From positions 1,319,902-1,359,901 of the forward strand of contig NC_006270.3 in the NCBI RefSeq assembly GCF_000011645.1: a stretch of DNA of 40,000 bases. Direction: 5' to 3'. The translations under genes and the position numbers were made by a program. The notes below the pieces were generated by a model that worked only from the letters and a program-made list of their open reading frames with translations, was not told where the DNA came from and searched no databases. Shown here one piece after another: positions 10,436-20,294 of this stretch (its first letter is position 1; every line of letters starts with the position of its first letter). This stretch comes from Bacillus licheniformis DSM 13 = ATCC 14580 (GTDB lineage Bacteria > Bacillota > Bacilli > Bacillales > Bacillaceae).

Positions 10436-11781
10436 TGAACGGCGGAACATTTACACCAGGCAAAGAAAAAGATCGTGCCGGCATTTATTTTAATTTTAAA
10501 ACGACAGCAGAGGAACGCGTTTCCATCGGGGATCGCGGTACAGTTGCCCTCCCTGTCGTCATGAGCTGGGGGGAGCCGAAAACATTCGTATCGATTTCCA
10601 GCATTGAAGACTTAAATAAAAAAGTAGGGTTGAACATCGATGATCCGTCTCTTCTGCTTTTCCGGGAAGCGAAGAAAAACGCACAGACCGTTTTGCTGTA
10701 CCGTCTGAACACAGGAGCGCCGGCGAAAGCCCAAATCGGCGAAACGCTGAGCGTAACGGCAAAATACGGAGGCGAGAAAGGGAACGACATTTCGATCCGC
10801 ATTTCCGAAAATGTGCTCGATTCTAAAAAGTTTGATGTCACCACCTTTGTCGGAACAGATGAAGCTGACCGACAAACCGTCAAAACGGCAGAAGAGCTTA
10901 CCGCAAATGCGTACGTCGCGTTTCAAGGGGAAGGCGCGCTTGAACTGACAGCGGGCACAAAGCTGTCAGGCGGGGAGAACGGAACGGCAAGCGTTGCCGA
11001 TTACACCGCATTTTTAGATGCTGCCGAAACGGAATACTTCAATACGATCGCACTCCCGGTCGCAGACAATGAACAGCTGAAAGCCACTTTTGCCGCTTTC
11101 ATCAAACGCCTTCGCGACAAGCAGGGCCAGAAAGTCCAAGGCGTTGTCGCCGATTATGCCGGAGACTATGAAGGCATTATTAATGTAACGGGAGGCGTCG
11201 TGCTGGAAGACGGCACTGAAATCACTCCTGAAAAAGCGACGGCATGGGTTGCCGGAGCGAGCGCAGGCGCGACTTTTAACCAGTCGCTGACATTTGTCGA
11301 ATACGAAGGTGCTGTTGATGTCCTGAACCGTCTGGATGAAGACCAGGTCATCGAACGTCTGAAAAAAGGCGAGTTTTTATTTACATTTGATGCACGCGAT
11401 CAATCGGTCAGCGTTGAAAAAGACATCAACTCTTTAACGAGTTTCACTGCCGACAAGAACAAAAAATTCTCGAAAAACAAAATCATCCGCGTTCTCGACG
11501 GAGTCAACAATGACCTGACCCGCGAGTTAAAGGCTTTAATCAAAGCACGAAAAGCAAGCGGCAGCGACATCCCTGCATCAGACGATGGTTTGCAATACGT
11601 CAAAACGCTGATCATTCAGTATATGACGGCGCTTCAGGAAGCCGGCGGCATTACCGGCTTTGATTCTGAAAGCGATATTGCCATTACACTGAATGAAGAC
11701 CGCGACGGGTTTTTAATCGATTTAGCCGTTCAGCCGGTTGATGCAGCAGAAAAATTCTACTTTAATGTGGAGGTAAAATAG
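10435..11781 (+). CDS. xkdK: Tail sheath protein, XkdK-like
   Basis: 448 aa: MNGGTFTPGKEKDRAGIYFNFKTTAEERVSIGDRGTVALPVVMSWG... typical of PBSX-type contractile tail sheaths. Confidence 0.92.
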   Translation: MNGGTFTPGKEKDRAGIYFNFKTTAEERVSIGDRGTVALPVVMSWGEPKTFVSISSIEDLNKKVGLNIDDPSLLLFREAKKNAQTVLLYRLNTGAPAKAQIGETLSVTAKYGGEKGNDISIRISENVLDSKKFDVTTFVGTDEADRQTVKTAEELTANAYVAFQGEGALELTAGTKLSGGENGTASVADYTAFLDAAETEYFNTIALPVADNEQLKATFAAFIKRLRDKQGQKVQGVVADYAGDYEGIINVTGGVVLEDGTEITPEKATAWVAGASAGATFNQSLTFVEYEGAVDVLNRLDEDQVIERLKKGEFLFTFDARDQSVSVEKDINSLTSFTADKNKKFSKNKIIRVLDGVNNDLTRELKALIKARKASGSDIPASDDGLQYVKTLIIQYMTALQEAGGITGFDSESDIAITLNEDRDGFLIDLAVQPVDAAEKFYFNVEVK

Positions 11782-11782
11782 T

Positions 11783-12226
11783 ATGGCATTAAAAGCGCAA
11801 AACACGATTTCCGGAAAAGAAGGCCGTCTTTTTCTCGACGGACAAGAGATGGCTCACATCAAAACATTTGAGGCCAATGTCGAAAAGAATAAAGCTGAAG
11901 TCAATATTATGGGCCGCCGCATGACCGGCCACAAGACAACAGGGGCAAACGGCACGGGAACGGCGACATTTTATAAAGTCACGTCTCAATTTGTCACGTT
12001 AATGATGAACTATGTGAAAAAAGGCGATGATCCGTATTTCACGCTCCAGGCCGTCCTTGACGACCAGTCATCAGGCCGCGGAACGGAGCGGGTCACGCTG
12101 TATGACGTGAATTTTGACTCGGCCAAAATCGCCGGTCTTGACGTCGACTCAGAGGCGCTCGAAGAAGAAGTGCCGTTCACATTTGAAGATTTCGACGTTC
12201 CTGAAAAACTGAAAGATACGTTTTAA
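11783..12226 (+). CDS. xkdM: Tail tube protein, XkdM-like
   Basis: 147 aa: MALKAQNTISGKEGRLFLDGQEMAHIKTFEANVEKNKAEVNIMGRRMTGHKTTG. Confidence 0.92.
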   Translation: MALKAQNTISGKEGRLFLDGQEMAHIKTFEANVEKNKAEVNIMGRRMTGHKTTGANGTGTATFYKVTSQFVTLMMNYVKKGDDPYFTLQAVLDDQSSGRGTERVTLYDVNFDSAKIAGLDVDSEALEEEVPFTFEDFDVPEKLKDTF

Positions 12227-12260
12227 AATAGGAGCCGTATACAACGAGCCCGCTTTTCAA

Positions 12261-12292
12261 AAATAGACCGCAACAGCCGGTCTATTTCTTCT
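12261..12292 (+). terminator. Intrinsic-terminator-like hairpin 1 downstream of the tail tube gene
   Basis: Perfect 10-bp stem AAATAGACCG / CGGTCTATTT (12261-12270 / 12278-12287), 7-nt loop, then CTTCTTTTTTA. Confidence 0.65.
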
Positions 12293-12336
12293 TTTTTACG
12301 GAAGGAACCGATTCAGTAGTCAGGAAATAGGAAGCA

Positions 12337-12367
12337 AAGCACTCTCGCCAAGCCGAGGGTGCTTTTT
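12337..12367 (+). terminator. Intrinsic-terminator-like hairpin 2 between xkdM and xkdN
   Basis: 11-bp stem AAGCACTCTCG / CGAGGGTGCTT with one wobble pair, loop CCAAGC, T run directly at the 3' base (GCTTTTTC). Confidence 0.7.
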
Positions 12368-12408
12368 CATTGCAAATCCAAAATTGAATGTTAAAGGAGC
12401 AAGCAGAC

Positions 12409-12858
12409 ATGAGCGAAAAACAAGAAGAAAAAGTATATGATTTATCCTTTTTTATGCCGGGACAAACCGTTGAAGCCGAAGAAATCAAAGTGCCGATCTC
12501 AAAGCGGTTCGTCGATAAAAAGGGCAATGTCATTCCGTTTGTGTTTAAGCCGATTACAACCGAGCGCATTGACGAGCTTGAAAAAGAAAATACGACTTAT
12601 AAAAACATTAAAGGCAGAGGCCGTGTCAAGGATCTAGACACCCAGCGCTTTTACGCCAGAATCGCCATTGAATCGACGATCTACCCTGACTTCCGTTCAA
12701 AGGAATTAAGAGAAGCCTATAAAACGGCCGACCCGGTCGAAGTGGCCAAACGCGTTCTCTCCGTCGGTGGGGAATATGCGAACTGGCTCAACAAAGCGAT
12801 TGAAATCAACGGCTTTGAAGACGATCTTGAAGATCTGGAAGAAGAAGCAAAAAACTAA
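12409..12858 (+). CDS. xkdN: Tail assembly chaperone, XkdN-like (short, unshifted product)
   Basis: AAAGGAG precedes the ATG at 12409; 149 aa (MSEKQEEKVYDLSFFMPGQTVEAEEIKVPISKRFVDKKG...). Track start at 12388 lies upstream of the RBS spacing. Confidence 0.85.
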   Translation: MSEKQEEKVYDLSFFMPGQTVEAEEIKVPISKRFVDKKGNVIPFVFKPITTERIDELEKENTTYKNIKGRGRVKDLDTQRFYARIAIESTIYPDFRSKELREAYKTADPVEVAKRVLSVGGEYANWLNKAIEINGFEDDLEDLEEEAKN

Positions 12859-13037
12859 TTAAGGATGGGAATAAAGAAGCGGTGTATCTCTATTTCGCGA
12901 TGCACGAACTTCACTATTCTCCATCCCAGCTCCGGGAGCTGTACGAAGCCCCAAAACCGTTTAAGGCATTATTATACGGACTCATCAGCTACAAACTTCA
13001 ACTCTTGGAAAAAGAAGCGCGGAAAGGAGGTACATAA
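12855..13037 (+). CDS. xkzB: XkzB-like C-terminal extension of the tail assembly chaperone, in the -1 frame relative to xkdN
   Basis: Manual translation from the shift site: L-IKDGNKEAVYLYFAMHELHYSPSQLRELYEAPKPFKALLYGLISYKLQLLEKEARKGGT*. Absent from the track. The only conventional starts in frame are GTG 12882 and ATG 12900, neither with a well-placed RBS. Joined to xkdN by A_AAA_AAC at 12849-12855. Confidence 0.7.
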   Translation, partial: LIKDGNKEAVYLYFAMHELHYSPSQLRELYEAPKPFKALLYGLISYKLQLLEKEARKGGT

Positions 13038-13040
13038 TCC

Positions 13041-16000
13041 ATGGCAAAACTGACGGCACGTTTTGAACTTGAAGACCGGGTGTCTAAGAAGCTGCGGAGG
13101 ATTCAGAAGGGTTTTGCGATTTTAGAAAAGAGAGCAGAACGATTGAACCGGCAAATCAAAATTAACATTAAAACGGAAGATCAAGCTTTTTTTCGGCTTA
13201 AAAAACTGAACAATTACCTGATGAGAAAGTTCATTCACTCCGTAAATATTGGAGTGAATATAAATGACCAGGCATCCGCTCAACTAATAGAAATACAAAG
13301 AAGATTAAAAAGAATTCCGCCAGAAACAACCGTTAAGTTAACTTTAGCAGACAATGTCTCGCAAAAGTTAACTAAAATTAAAAGGATGCTCTCTAAGCGT
13401 GAATATTTCTTATCAATCTCTGCTGAAGACCGTGTAACATTAACTGTTAAAAAAATAATCGGCTATCTTAAAAACAATTTGAAAAAAGGTTATTCAGTTC
13501 AGTTATATGTACTTGATAAAGTAACGAAAACAGCAAGCAGAATTGCCTCGCTCCTAAAAAAACTAGAGAAAACGTACATTGTCACAATTGATTTAAACGA
13601 CAAGGCGACCAACAAAATCAAAAACAAAAAAGTTTCAGGAGAAACATCAGAAGTCAAACACGATAAAAAGGGATCTTTCTTTGAACAAGGAAAAGACTTG
13701 TTAGGCGAATGGTGGAAAAAGTCAGGATGGCCTTGGATAAAGGATACTGGGAAGGAAATTGGCAAAGCATTTGTAGATCGATTTAAAGATAGACTGATGG
13801 AAAAATTGAACAATGATATTTTTGACAAAGTCATTGATAAAATCTTAGGGCCTCAGTCAACAAAAGGTTCTCAGTCAAAATCAAGCGGACCAGGCCATGG
13901 ACAATGCTGCTGCTGTTTATATCCGCAGAAAGATCCTCCGAATTCAGCCGGAAATAGGCAAAATGTCTCTGTTTCAGGTTCAAGTGAAGAGCATAAAGGC
14001 TGGAATCTAAAAAGCTTATCAAGGGGAATTCTTCCAGCCGCAAAGATACTCTTCTATTTAAAAAGTTTAAGGCCCAACAAAGAGCCCGGTAAACTTGCAA
14101 AATTATTAGAGCCCTTAAAACCAATGATTGAAAAATTAAAGCCGCTAGGTAAAAAACTAAGTCCGCTAGGCAAACTTTTGCCGCTTACAGATCTAATCGG
14201 CATCAACAAAGATAACGCAGGCGAAAAAATTGGTTCTGTAGGCGGCCGTATGTTAGGAACTTTTGGTGGAGAAGCTGCCGGAATGGCGATCGGAGGATTG
14301 GTTGGAGGACCTCCGGGTGCAATGATTGGAGGAGTAGTGGGCGGCTTTGCAGGCGGGATGGGCGGTGAAAAGGCAGGCGGTTCCCTCGGTAAAATGTTTG
14401 ACACTTCCCAATTGAAGGAAGATCTCATGAACACGCTGTTTAATGGAGACTGGTGGAGCGAACAGTGGGATTCCCTTAGTCAAACCGCTACAAATACATT
14501 TTTAAATGGAGACTGGTGGGGAGAAAAATGGGGATCTCTTAAAGAAACAGCCACAAATACGTTTTTAAACGGAAACTGGTGGGCTGAACAAGCCGGCTAT
14601 CTTTATGGTACTTTGGAAGCTGCATTTTTAGGGCCGTTAAGTAATGTTTGGGGAACCATTGCAGGAACGATCAGCGAGACGATTTTTAACGGAGACTGGT
14701 GGAGCGAAAAATGGAACAATGCAGTAACATGGGCGCAGAATACGTGGGACGGAGCTGTCTCTGTTTGGGAATCCATTACAGGAACCATTAAAGACACCGT
14801 TTTTAATGGAGACTGGTGGAGCGAAAAATGGAACAATGCAGTAACATGGGCGCAGAATACGTGGGACGGAGCCGTCTCTGTTTGGGAATCCATTACAGGA
14901 ACCATTAAAGACACCGTTTTTAATGGAGACTGGTGGGGTGAACAATGGGACAACGCAGTGACATGGGCGCAGAATGCGTGGGACGGAGCCGTCTCTGTTT
15001 GGGAATCCATTACAGGAACCATTAAAGACACTGTTTTCAATGGAGACTGGTGGTCTAACCAATGGAATAGCGCTTTGGAAAGGGGCAAGAGTATTTTCGA
15101 AGGCGCGAAAAGCTGGGTCGGAGAAAAAGTTGAATATTTTCAGAAAGGTCGGGAAAGAGCCCATAAGGATCATGGATTTGAAGGCTATGCCACAGGCGGC
15201 TACATCACAAAACCGACCATCTCCTGGATCGGTGAAGCCGGAAATGAATTCGTCATCCCTACGGAAAACAACCGGGGACGCGGGAAGATGCTGCTTGCCC
15301 AGGCCGCTACCAAGCTCGGCATGCGCGTTGTTGACGACATGGGGGCCGCGGCGGGAGACGGGGGAGCTTCTTCTCCGGTTTCAAGCACCGCTTCGTATTC
15401 GGCTTCTGTGTCGCCTGCTGTCGGTGTCGGGAGTATAGCAGCAGAGGCGCAGGCTTTCGGCCGGGAATTCACCGGCGGTTTTGACAAGGGGATCGGCTCA
15501 AACGCTCCTTCCCTTGATCAATGGAAGCAAAAAAACATCAGCAAGCCGTTTAGCAGCCTGCCGGCAGAATCGTCTAACTACGGAAAACAGACGGTTGCCG
15601 GGTTCGCTTCCGGGCAAAATGCTTCCGCGACCGGAACCGGCGGTTTTCTTCAAGCAAAAGTAAATGCGCCTTATCAAACAACGGTGAAAACGTCCTCTTC
15701 CTGGGGTGCAAATACAGTCAAAAACTTTGCAACCGGGCAAAATGCAACACCGACCGGGACGTCGCAGTATGTTGATAAAAATATCAACAAGCCGTTCCTT
15801 GATTCGAAACAGTCGGCTGCAGGCTGGGGGTCAGGAATGGTCGGACACTTTATCAGCGGCATGAATGGAAAAGGCAGCGAAGTTTCTCAAGCTGCAAAAA
15901 ACTTGGCGAAAAAAGTTGAAAAAGCGTTCCGCGAAGAACTAGATATTCATTCTCCGTCCCGGGTTATGATGAGTCTCGGGCGTTTCGCGTCGGTCGGGAT

Positions 16001-16823
16001 TGTCAAAGGTTTAAGCTCTGTCGATGTCAAAAGTTTTGCGGAAAAACAAGCAGGCTCACTGGCAGCTGCGTTTTCCGGAATCGGAGCCGTCGGCGGAAAT
16101 GTAAAGTCGTGGCTGATGCAGGCGATCATGGCTACCGGTTCGCCGGTGTCGTGGCTTCAGCCGCTTTCTGTTATTGCTCAAAAGGAATCCGGCGGAAATC
16201 CGCGCGCCTATAACGGCTGGGACATTAACGCCAAGCGGGGGGACCCGAGCAGAGGCTTGATGCAGACGATCGGCCAAACGTTTAATGCTTACAAAGGAAA
16301 AGGAATGAATGATATTTTCAATCCTGTTCACAACGCGGTAGCGGCCATCAACTACATCAAATCGCGATACGGGTCGCCATTTAACACTCCGGGGATTAAA
16401 AGCATGGCAAGAGGCGGAGCTTATAAAGGCTATGCCAACGGCGGCCTGATTACGAGCGAGCAGATCGCCCGCGTGGGTGAAGGCGGCAAACGCGAATGGA
16501 TCATTCCCGAAGAACGCGGCATCCGCGGCAGATATCTGCTTCAGCGGGCTGCAGGCGCGCTCGGGATGGAAGTGCAAGACCCCGCTGAAGGGTCCGGTTC
16601 CATATCAAGTGCTCAGGCGGCTGCAGCCACCACGGGCGGGACCCGATCCCGGCAGCCTGCTGAAAATGGCGCCAAAGAAGTCAACATCTATATTACCGGG
16701 GACAATCATTACCACAGTGAGCGCGACCAGGAAACATTGATTGCGAAAATCAAGCGCGCTCTTGTCGATGAGCTTGAACGGGATATTCATATTGGGACGA
16801 AAGGAAGCGTAGCTTATGACTAA
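13041..16823 (+). CDS. xkdO: Tail tape-measure protein with C-terminal lytic transglycosylase domain, XkdO-like
   Basis: 1260 aa; Gly/Ala-rich hydrophobic centre ([23 protein letters not shown]...); SLT-type segment [48 protein letters not shown]; between the chaperone and LysM genes. Confidence 0.9.
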   Translation: MAKLTARFELEDRVSKKLRRIQKGFAILEKRAERLNRQIKINIKTEDQAFFRLKKLNNYLMRKFIHSVNIGVNINDQASAQLIEIQRRLKRIPPETTVKLTLADNVSQKLTKIKRMLSKREYFLSISAEDRVTLTVKKIIGYLKNNLKKGYSVQLYVLDKVTKTASRIASLLKKLEKTYIVTIDLNDKATNKIKNKKVSGETSEVKHDKKGSFFEQGKDLLGEWWKKSGWPWIKDTGKEIGKAFVDRFKDRLMEKLNNDIFDKVIDKILGPQSTKGSQSKSSGPGHGQCCCCLYPQKDPPNSAGNRQNVSVSGSSEEHKGWNLKSLSRGILPAAKILFYLKSLRPNKEPGKLAKLLEPLKPMIEKLKPLGKKLSPLGKLLPLTDLIGINKDNAGEKIGSVGGRMLGTFGGEAAGMAIGGLVGGPPGAMIGGVVGGFAGGMGGEKAGGSLGKMFDTSQLKEDLMNTLFNGDWWSEQWDSLSQTATNTFLNGDWWGEKWGSLKETATNTFLNGNWWAEQAGYLYGTLEAAFLGPLSNVWGTIAGTISETIFNGDWWSEKWNNAVTWAQNTWDGAVSVWESITGTIKDTVFNGDWWSEKWNNAVTWAQNTWDGAVSVWESITGTIKDTVFNGDWWGEQWDNAVTWAQNAWDGAVSVWESITGTIKDTVFNGDWWSNQWNSALERGKSIFEGAKSWVGEKVEYFQKGRERAHKDHGFEGYATGGYITKPTISWIGEAGNEFVIPTENNRGRGKMLLAQAATKLGMRVVDDMGAAAGDGGASSPVSSTASYSASVSPAVGVGSIAAEAQAFGREFTGGFDKGIGSNAPSLDQWKQKNISKPFSSLPAESSNYGKQTVAGFASGQNASATGTGGFLQAKVNAPYQTTVKTSSSWGANTVKNFATGQNATPTGTSQYVDKNINKPFLDSKQSAAGWGSGMVGHFISGMNGKGSEVSQAAKNLAKKVEKAFREELDIHSPSRVMMSLGRFASVGIVKGLSSVDVKSFAEKQAGSLAAAFSGIGAVGGNVKSWLMQAIMATGSPVSWLQPLSVIAQKESGGNPRAYNGWDINAKRGDPSRGLMQTIGQTFNAYKGKGMNDIFNPVHNAVAAINYIKSRYGSPFNTPGIKSMARGGAYKGYANGGLITSEQIARVGEGGKREWIIPEERGIRGRYLLQRAAGALGMEVQDPAEGSGSISSAQAAAATTGGTRSRQPAENGAKEVNIYITGDNHYHSERDQETLIAKIKRALVDELERDIHIGTKGSVAYD
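14691..15041 (+). repeat. Three tandem 117-bp in-frame repeats encoding GDWW[S/G]E[K/Q]W[N/D]NAVTWAQN[T/A][21 protein letters not shown]
   Basis: Unit starts at 14691, 14808, 14925, with a partial unit at 15042: exact 117-bp spacing. Units 1 and 2 appear to differ by a single base (GCTGTC/GCCGTC). Degenerate NG[D/N]WW units at 63-bp spacing begin at 14445, 14508 and 14571. Confidence 0.95.
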
Positions 16824-17472
16824 ATCCGTGTACGAATTTTGGCTGACGCAAGGAAAGGAAAAGCTGCGCCTCCCTGTGCTTCCAGAGCAGCTTGACGTCA
16901 GCAATAATCTTGCGAACGAATCTGTAAAGGTGTCAAAGTTCGGCGAGGTGACGTTTATCAATGAACCGGGAGCGAAGACGATTTCATTTTCGTCTCATTT
17001 TCCGAAAAAGTATTCTCCGCTCTCGGAATACAAAGGGTTTCTTTCGCCGGAGAACGCGATTCTTAAAATCGAGAAATGGATGAAAGCAAAAAAACCGGTT
17101 CAATTTCTCGTGACGGGAACGAAGATCAATTTCACATGCAGCATTGAAAACTTTTCGCATCGCGAGGGTGAAAAGGATATCGGCGACCGGGATTTTGATC
17201 TCACATTGAAAGAGTACCAAACAGCATCACCCCGGAAGATTAAACAAAAAAAGAAAACGAAGAAAAAACGGCCGTCCAAACTGGCTCCAAAAATGTACAC
17301 CGTCAAAAAAGGCGATACGCTCTGGCACATCGCAGGCCGTTTTTACGGAAACAGCCAGGAATGGCGGAAAATTTGGAATGCGAACAAGCAGGCGATGATC
17401 AAACGAAGCAAGCGAAACATCAAACAGCCGGGACATTGGATTTTTCCGGGGCAAAAGCTGAAAATACCATAA
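16816..17472 (+). CDS. xkdP: LysM-domain baseplate hub/tail protein, XkdP-like
   Basis: C-terminal LysM: [35 protein letters not shown]; 218 aa; overlaps the xkdO end. Confidence 0.9.
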   Translation: MTKSVYEFWLTQGKEKLRLPVLPEQLDVSNNLANESVKVSKFGEVTFINEPGAKTISFSSHFPKKYSPLSEYKGFLSPENAILKIEKWMKAKKPVQFLVTGTKINFTCSIENFSHREGEKDIGDRDFDLTLKEYQTASPRKIKQKKKTKKKRPSKLAPKMYTVKKGDTLWHIAGRFYGNSQEWRKIWNANKQAMIKRSKRNIKQPGHWIFPGQKLKIP

Positions 17473-17479
17473 AACGAAG

Positions 17480-17501
17480 CGCCGGATGAACCGGCGTTTT
17501 T
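17480..17501 (+). terminator. Intrinsic-terminator-like hairpin between xkdP and xkdQ
   Basis: CGCCGG ATGAA CCGGCG followed by TTTTT; 7 nt after the xkdP stop. Confidence 0.6.
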
Positions 17502-17528
17502 CTGGTAAATCAAAAGCAGGGGATAGCG

Positions 17529-18509
17529 ATGATCGAATTATTTGTCATAAAAGAAAGCGAATGGTATGAACTTGTCACCGAAAGCGTCACATTGGAAGGA
17601 GAAAGGTACCAGGCGCCTCGTTCGATCGAAGCGTCGATTGTGATCAAGCAGGGAAGCCACAAATATTACAGCGTGCAGGAAGGCGATACCGTTTTATTTA
17701 AATGGAAAGGAAAAGAACTGTTTCGCGGAATTGTGTTCAGCAGGGTGCCGAAAGAATATACGCTTACGTTTAAAGCGTACGACATGCTTCAGTACTTGGT
17801 GAAAAACCAGGATGTCTATGTATTCTCGAACAAAACGGCCGCTGACATTGTCAAACGAATTGCGAACGACTTTCAAATTCCCAAAGGTTCGATTGCAAAC
17901 ACCGGACATACGATTAAATCGCTCGTCTTTAAAGACAATACGAGCCTGTATGACATTATTTTAAAAGCGCTGCGGGAGACAAAAAAGCAAACCGGAAAAA
18001 ACTATCAGCTGTATGCCGAAAAAGGAAAGCTGTGTTTACGAGCGTGGCCCGAACCGGAGGATATCTGGGTTTTGGAAACGGGTGTGAACATTACGGATTA
18101 CGCTTACAGCACGTCAATCGATGAAACGGCAACCCGGGTGAAACTGAGAAAGCAGAAAGATAACAAAACCTATACCGCATCCGCAAGCGATGAAGCCGGT
18201 ATGAAAAGATTCGGCGTTCTCCAGTACACAGAAACGGTTTCGGATGATATTAACGAGGCGCAGCTCCGCGACCGGGCGAAGAAGATACAGGCTGAAAAGA
18301 AAGGCGTCAAAAAAGAGCTGAAAAGCATACAGGCAATCGGCATACCGGAAGTTCAAAGCGGACTGCCGGTTTATATATCGATTCCGGAAGCGGGCATTAA
18401 AGAAACCTATTGGGTTGATAAGGATAAACACGATTTTACAGGAACAAAACATGTGATGACGATTGATGTCGTCGCTAAAAACACCATACCTGAAGGAGCG
18501 TCTTCATGA
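17529..18509 (+). CDS. xkdQ: Baseplate hub (gpD-like), XkdQ-like
   Basis: 326 aa: GDTVLFKWKGKELFRGIVFSR...YTLTFKAYDMLQYLVKNQDVYVF...VKRIANDFQIPKG; position after the LysM gene. Confidence 0.88.
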   Translation: MIELFVIKESEWYELVTESVTLEGERYQAPRSIEASIVIKQGSHKYYSVQEGDTVLFKWKGKELFRGIVFSRVPKEYTLTFKAYDMLQYLVKNQDVYVFSNKTAADIVKRIANDFQIPKGSIANTGHTIKSLVFKDNTSLYDIILKALRETKKQTGKNYQLYAEKGKLCLRAWPEPEDIWVLETGVNITDYAYSTSIDETATRVKLRKQKDNKTYTASASDEAGMKRFGVLQYTETVSDDINEAQLRDRAKKIQAEKKGVKKELKSIQAIGIPEVQSGLPVYISIPEAGIKETYWVDKDKHDFTGTKHVMTIDVVAKNTIPEGASS

Positions 18510-18814
18510 AATTAAGCGATGCGATAAAAGAGCTGGCTCTTGGAGCCGTAAACGCTGAATCGCCTGTCGATGTCATGCCGGCTGAAGTCGTGTCCGCGTC
18601 TCCGCTCAAGCTGAAGCTCCGCAATCATGATAAATTGGTGATCCCCTCCGACTTATTGGTGGTGGCCAGGCATTTGACAGAGCATACGGAACAGATCCGA
18701 ATTGACGGAGAAGACAAAACGATTCGCTTTTACAATCAATTGCATGCCGGCGACCACGTGATGATTGCGGCTATGCCTGGAGGGCAGTCTTTTTTTGTAA
18801 TAGACAGAGTGTAG
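18506..18814 (+). CDS. xkdR: XkdR-like baseplate protein (DUF2577-type)
   Basis: 102 aa: MKLSDAIKELALGAVNAESPVDVMPAEVVSASPLKLKLRNHDKLVIPSDLLVV. Confidence 0.85.
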   Translation: MKLSDAIKELALGAVNAESPVDVMPAEVVSASPLKLKLRNHDKLVIPSDLLVVARHLTEHTEQIRIDGEDKTIRFYNQLHAGDHVMIAAMPGGQSFFVIDRV

Positions 18815-18823
18815 GAGTAGGAG

Positions 18824-19258
18824 GTGGCTCGGATGGCTCTTTCGCCGGAAGTATCTTTTGAAGATATCGAGGATGACAGCGATGTGATTGAGACTTCAAA
18901 AACGTACAAAATTGATTTTGAAACAGGCAGGATGACGGGTGATATGATTTCGGGGCTGGAAGCCGTGGAACAAATGGTTTGTATGGCGCTGAGAACCGAG
19001 CGCTACGCATACGCCGTTTACAGCCATAATATCGGAAATGAACTGCAGGAGGTTCTTTCAGATCATGAAACGACCGACGCTTATAAAGAAATGGAGATAC
19101 CGAGATTGATCGAGGAAGCCCTCATATACGATGACCGAATTTCGGCGGTGACCGACTTCGAGATTGAGCGTCAAGGCGATGCCTTCCACGTGTCCTTTTC
19201 GGTTGAAACCGATGAAGGGACATTGGAAATCGAGGAGGTGATTGGGGAAGATGTTTGA
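18824..19258 (+). CDS. xkdS: XkdS-like baseplate protein (DUF2634, W/gp25-like)
   Basis: [43 protein letters not shown]; start GTG 18824 or ATG 18833. Confidence 0.85.
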   Translation: MARMALSPEVSFEDIEDDSDVIETSKTYKIDFETGRMTGDMISGLEAVEQMVCMALRTERYAYAVYSHNIGNELQEVLSDHETTDAYKEMEIPRLIEEALIYDDRISAVTDFEIERQGDAFHVSFSVETDEGTLEIEEVIGEDV

Positions 19259-20294
19259 AGACCAGACATTTGAAGAGATCATGGAACGCATGCTTGAGCG
19301 GGTTTCAGATGAGATTGACAAACGTGAAAACAGCGTCATTTGGAATGCGCTTGCCCCGGCAGCCGCCGAGCTGGCGCTTTCTTATATTTGGCTTGATCAA
19401 GTGCTGAATTTGGTTTATGCGGATACGGCTGAAGGCGAATATTTGGACAGAAGGGCGGCTGAGGCCGGTCTTGAGCGCTATCGGGCGTCAAAAGCCATAT
19501 GGTCTGCGGCATTTACGGATGGAGTATCGGTTCCCCCCGGAACCCGTTTCTTTCTGGAAGATTTATATTTTACCATGCTCGAAGACGGCAAGCTGGAATG
19601 TGAAACAGCCGGGACAAAAGGAAACGCCAATTTTTCGGGGCGGCCTTTGCTTCCGCTCGATACCATTCCCGGGCTTGAAAAAGCGGTTATGGGAAGCCTT
19701 GAAATTCCCGGCCGCGACGAGGAGACGGATGAATCCCTGTATGAAAGGTATTTAATCCGCGTCCGTAGGGAAGCGGTCAGCGCGAATCAGCTGCATTACA
19801 AACAATGGGCCGAAGAAGTGGACGGCGTAGGCAAAGCGAAGGTCTTTCCGCTGTGGAATGGCGAGGGAACCGTAAAGGTTGTCATTACAAACGCGAAAAT
19901 GGAGCCAGCCACAGACGCATTAATCGAAAGAGTCAAGCAGTATATCGATCCCGATCCGGGCAAAGGGGAAGGTATGGCGCCGATCGGAGCTTATACCGCG
20001 GTTGAAAGCGCGGTATGGAAAGACGTGAGCATATCTGCAAAAATCATACCTGAATCAGGCCGGACGATCGGTGAGGCCAAACAGGAAATTGCAGAAAAAA
20101 TCACTGAATTATTTAAAGAAATGGCTTTTAAAGAAAGCGTCATCCGTCTCTCGCAGATCAACAACATGATCTATGAATCGTCCTCTGTCAGCGACTATTC
20201 GGAAGTCTTCATCAACGGGGAAGCGAAAAATCTGCAGTTGACAGAAACGGAAATTCCAAAGCTGGGGCAGGTGACCATCATTGAGCAAGATTGA
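19242..20294 (+). CDS. xkdT: Baseplate J-like protein, XkdT-like
   Basis: 350 aa: [37 protein letters not shown]...[17 protein letters not shown]...[30 protein letters not shown]. Start TTG 19242 or ATG 19251. Confidence 0.9.
   Translation: MGKMFEDQTFEEIMERMLERVSDEIDKRENSVIWNALAPAAAELALSYIWLDQVLNLVYADTAEGEYLDRRAAEAGLERYRASKAIWSAAFTDGVSVPPGTRFFLEDLYFTMLEDGKLECETAGTKGNANFSGRPLLPLDTIPGLEKAVMGSLEIPGRDEETDESLYERYLIRVRREAVSANQLHYKQWAEEVDGVGKAKVFPLWNGEGTVKVVITNAKMEPATDALIERVKQYIDPDPGKGEGMAPIGAYTAVESAVWKDVSISAKIIPESGRTIGEAKQEIAEKITELFKEMAFKESVIRLSQINNMIYESSSVSDYSEVFINGEAKNLQLTETEIPKLGQVTIIEQD

Noticed and set aside
12337-12367. Possibility that the xkdM-xkdN gap encodes a small gene
   Set aside because: Hairpins occupy the gap and no frame has an RBS-supported ORF above background.
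12865-13053. Track ORF MGIKKRCISISRCTNFT... (+)
   Set aside because: Low-complexity nonsense in the xkdN frame past its stop; the conserved-looking XkzB-like product lies in the -1 frame of the same DNA.
14603-15173. Two long minus-strand ORFs (14603-15088, 14637-15173) with repetitive protein
   Set aside because: They are antisense shadows of the 117-bp repeats in the tape-measure gene; no RBS context, and repeats of a multiple of 3 keep all frames open.
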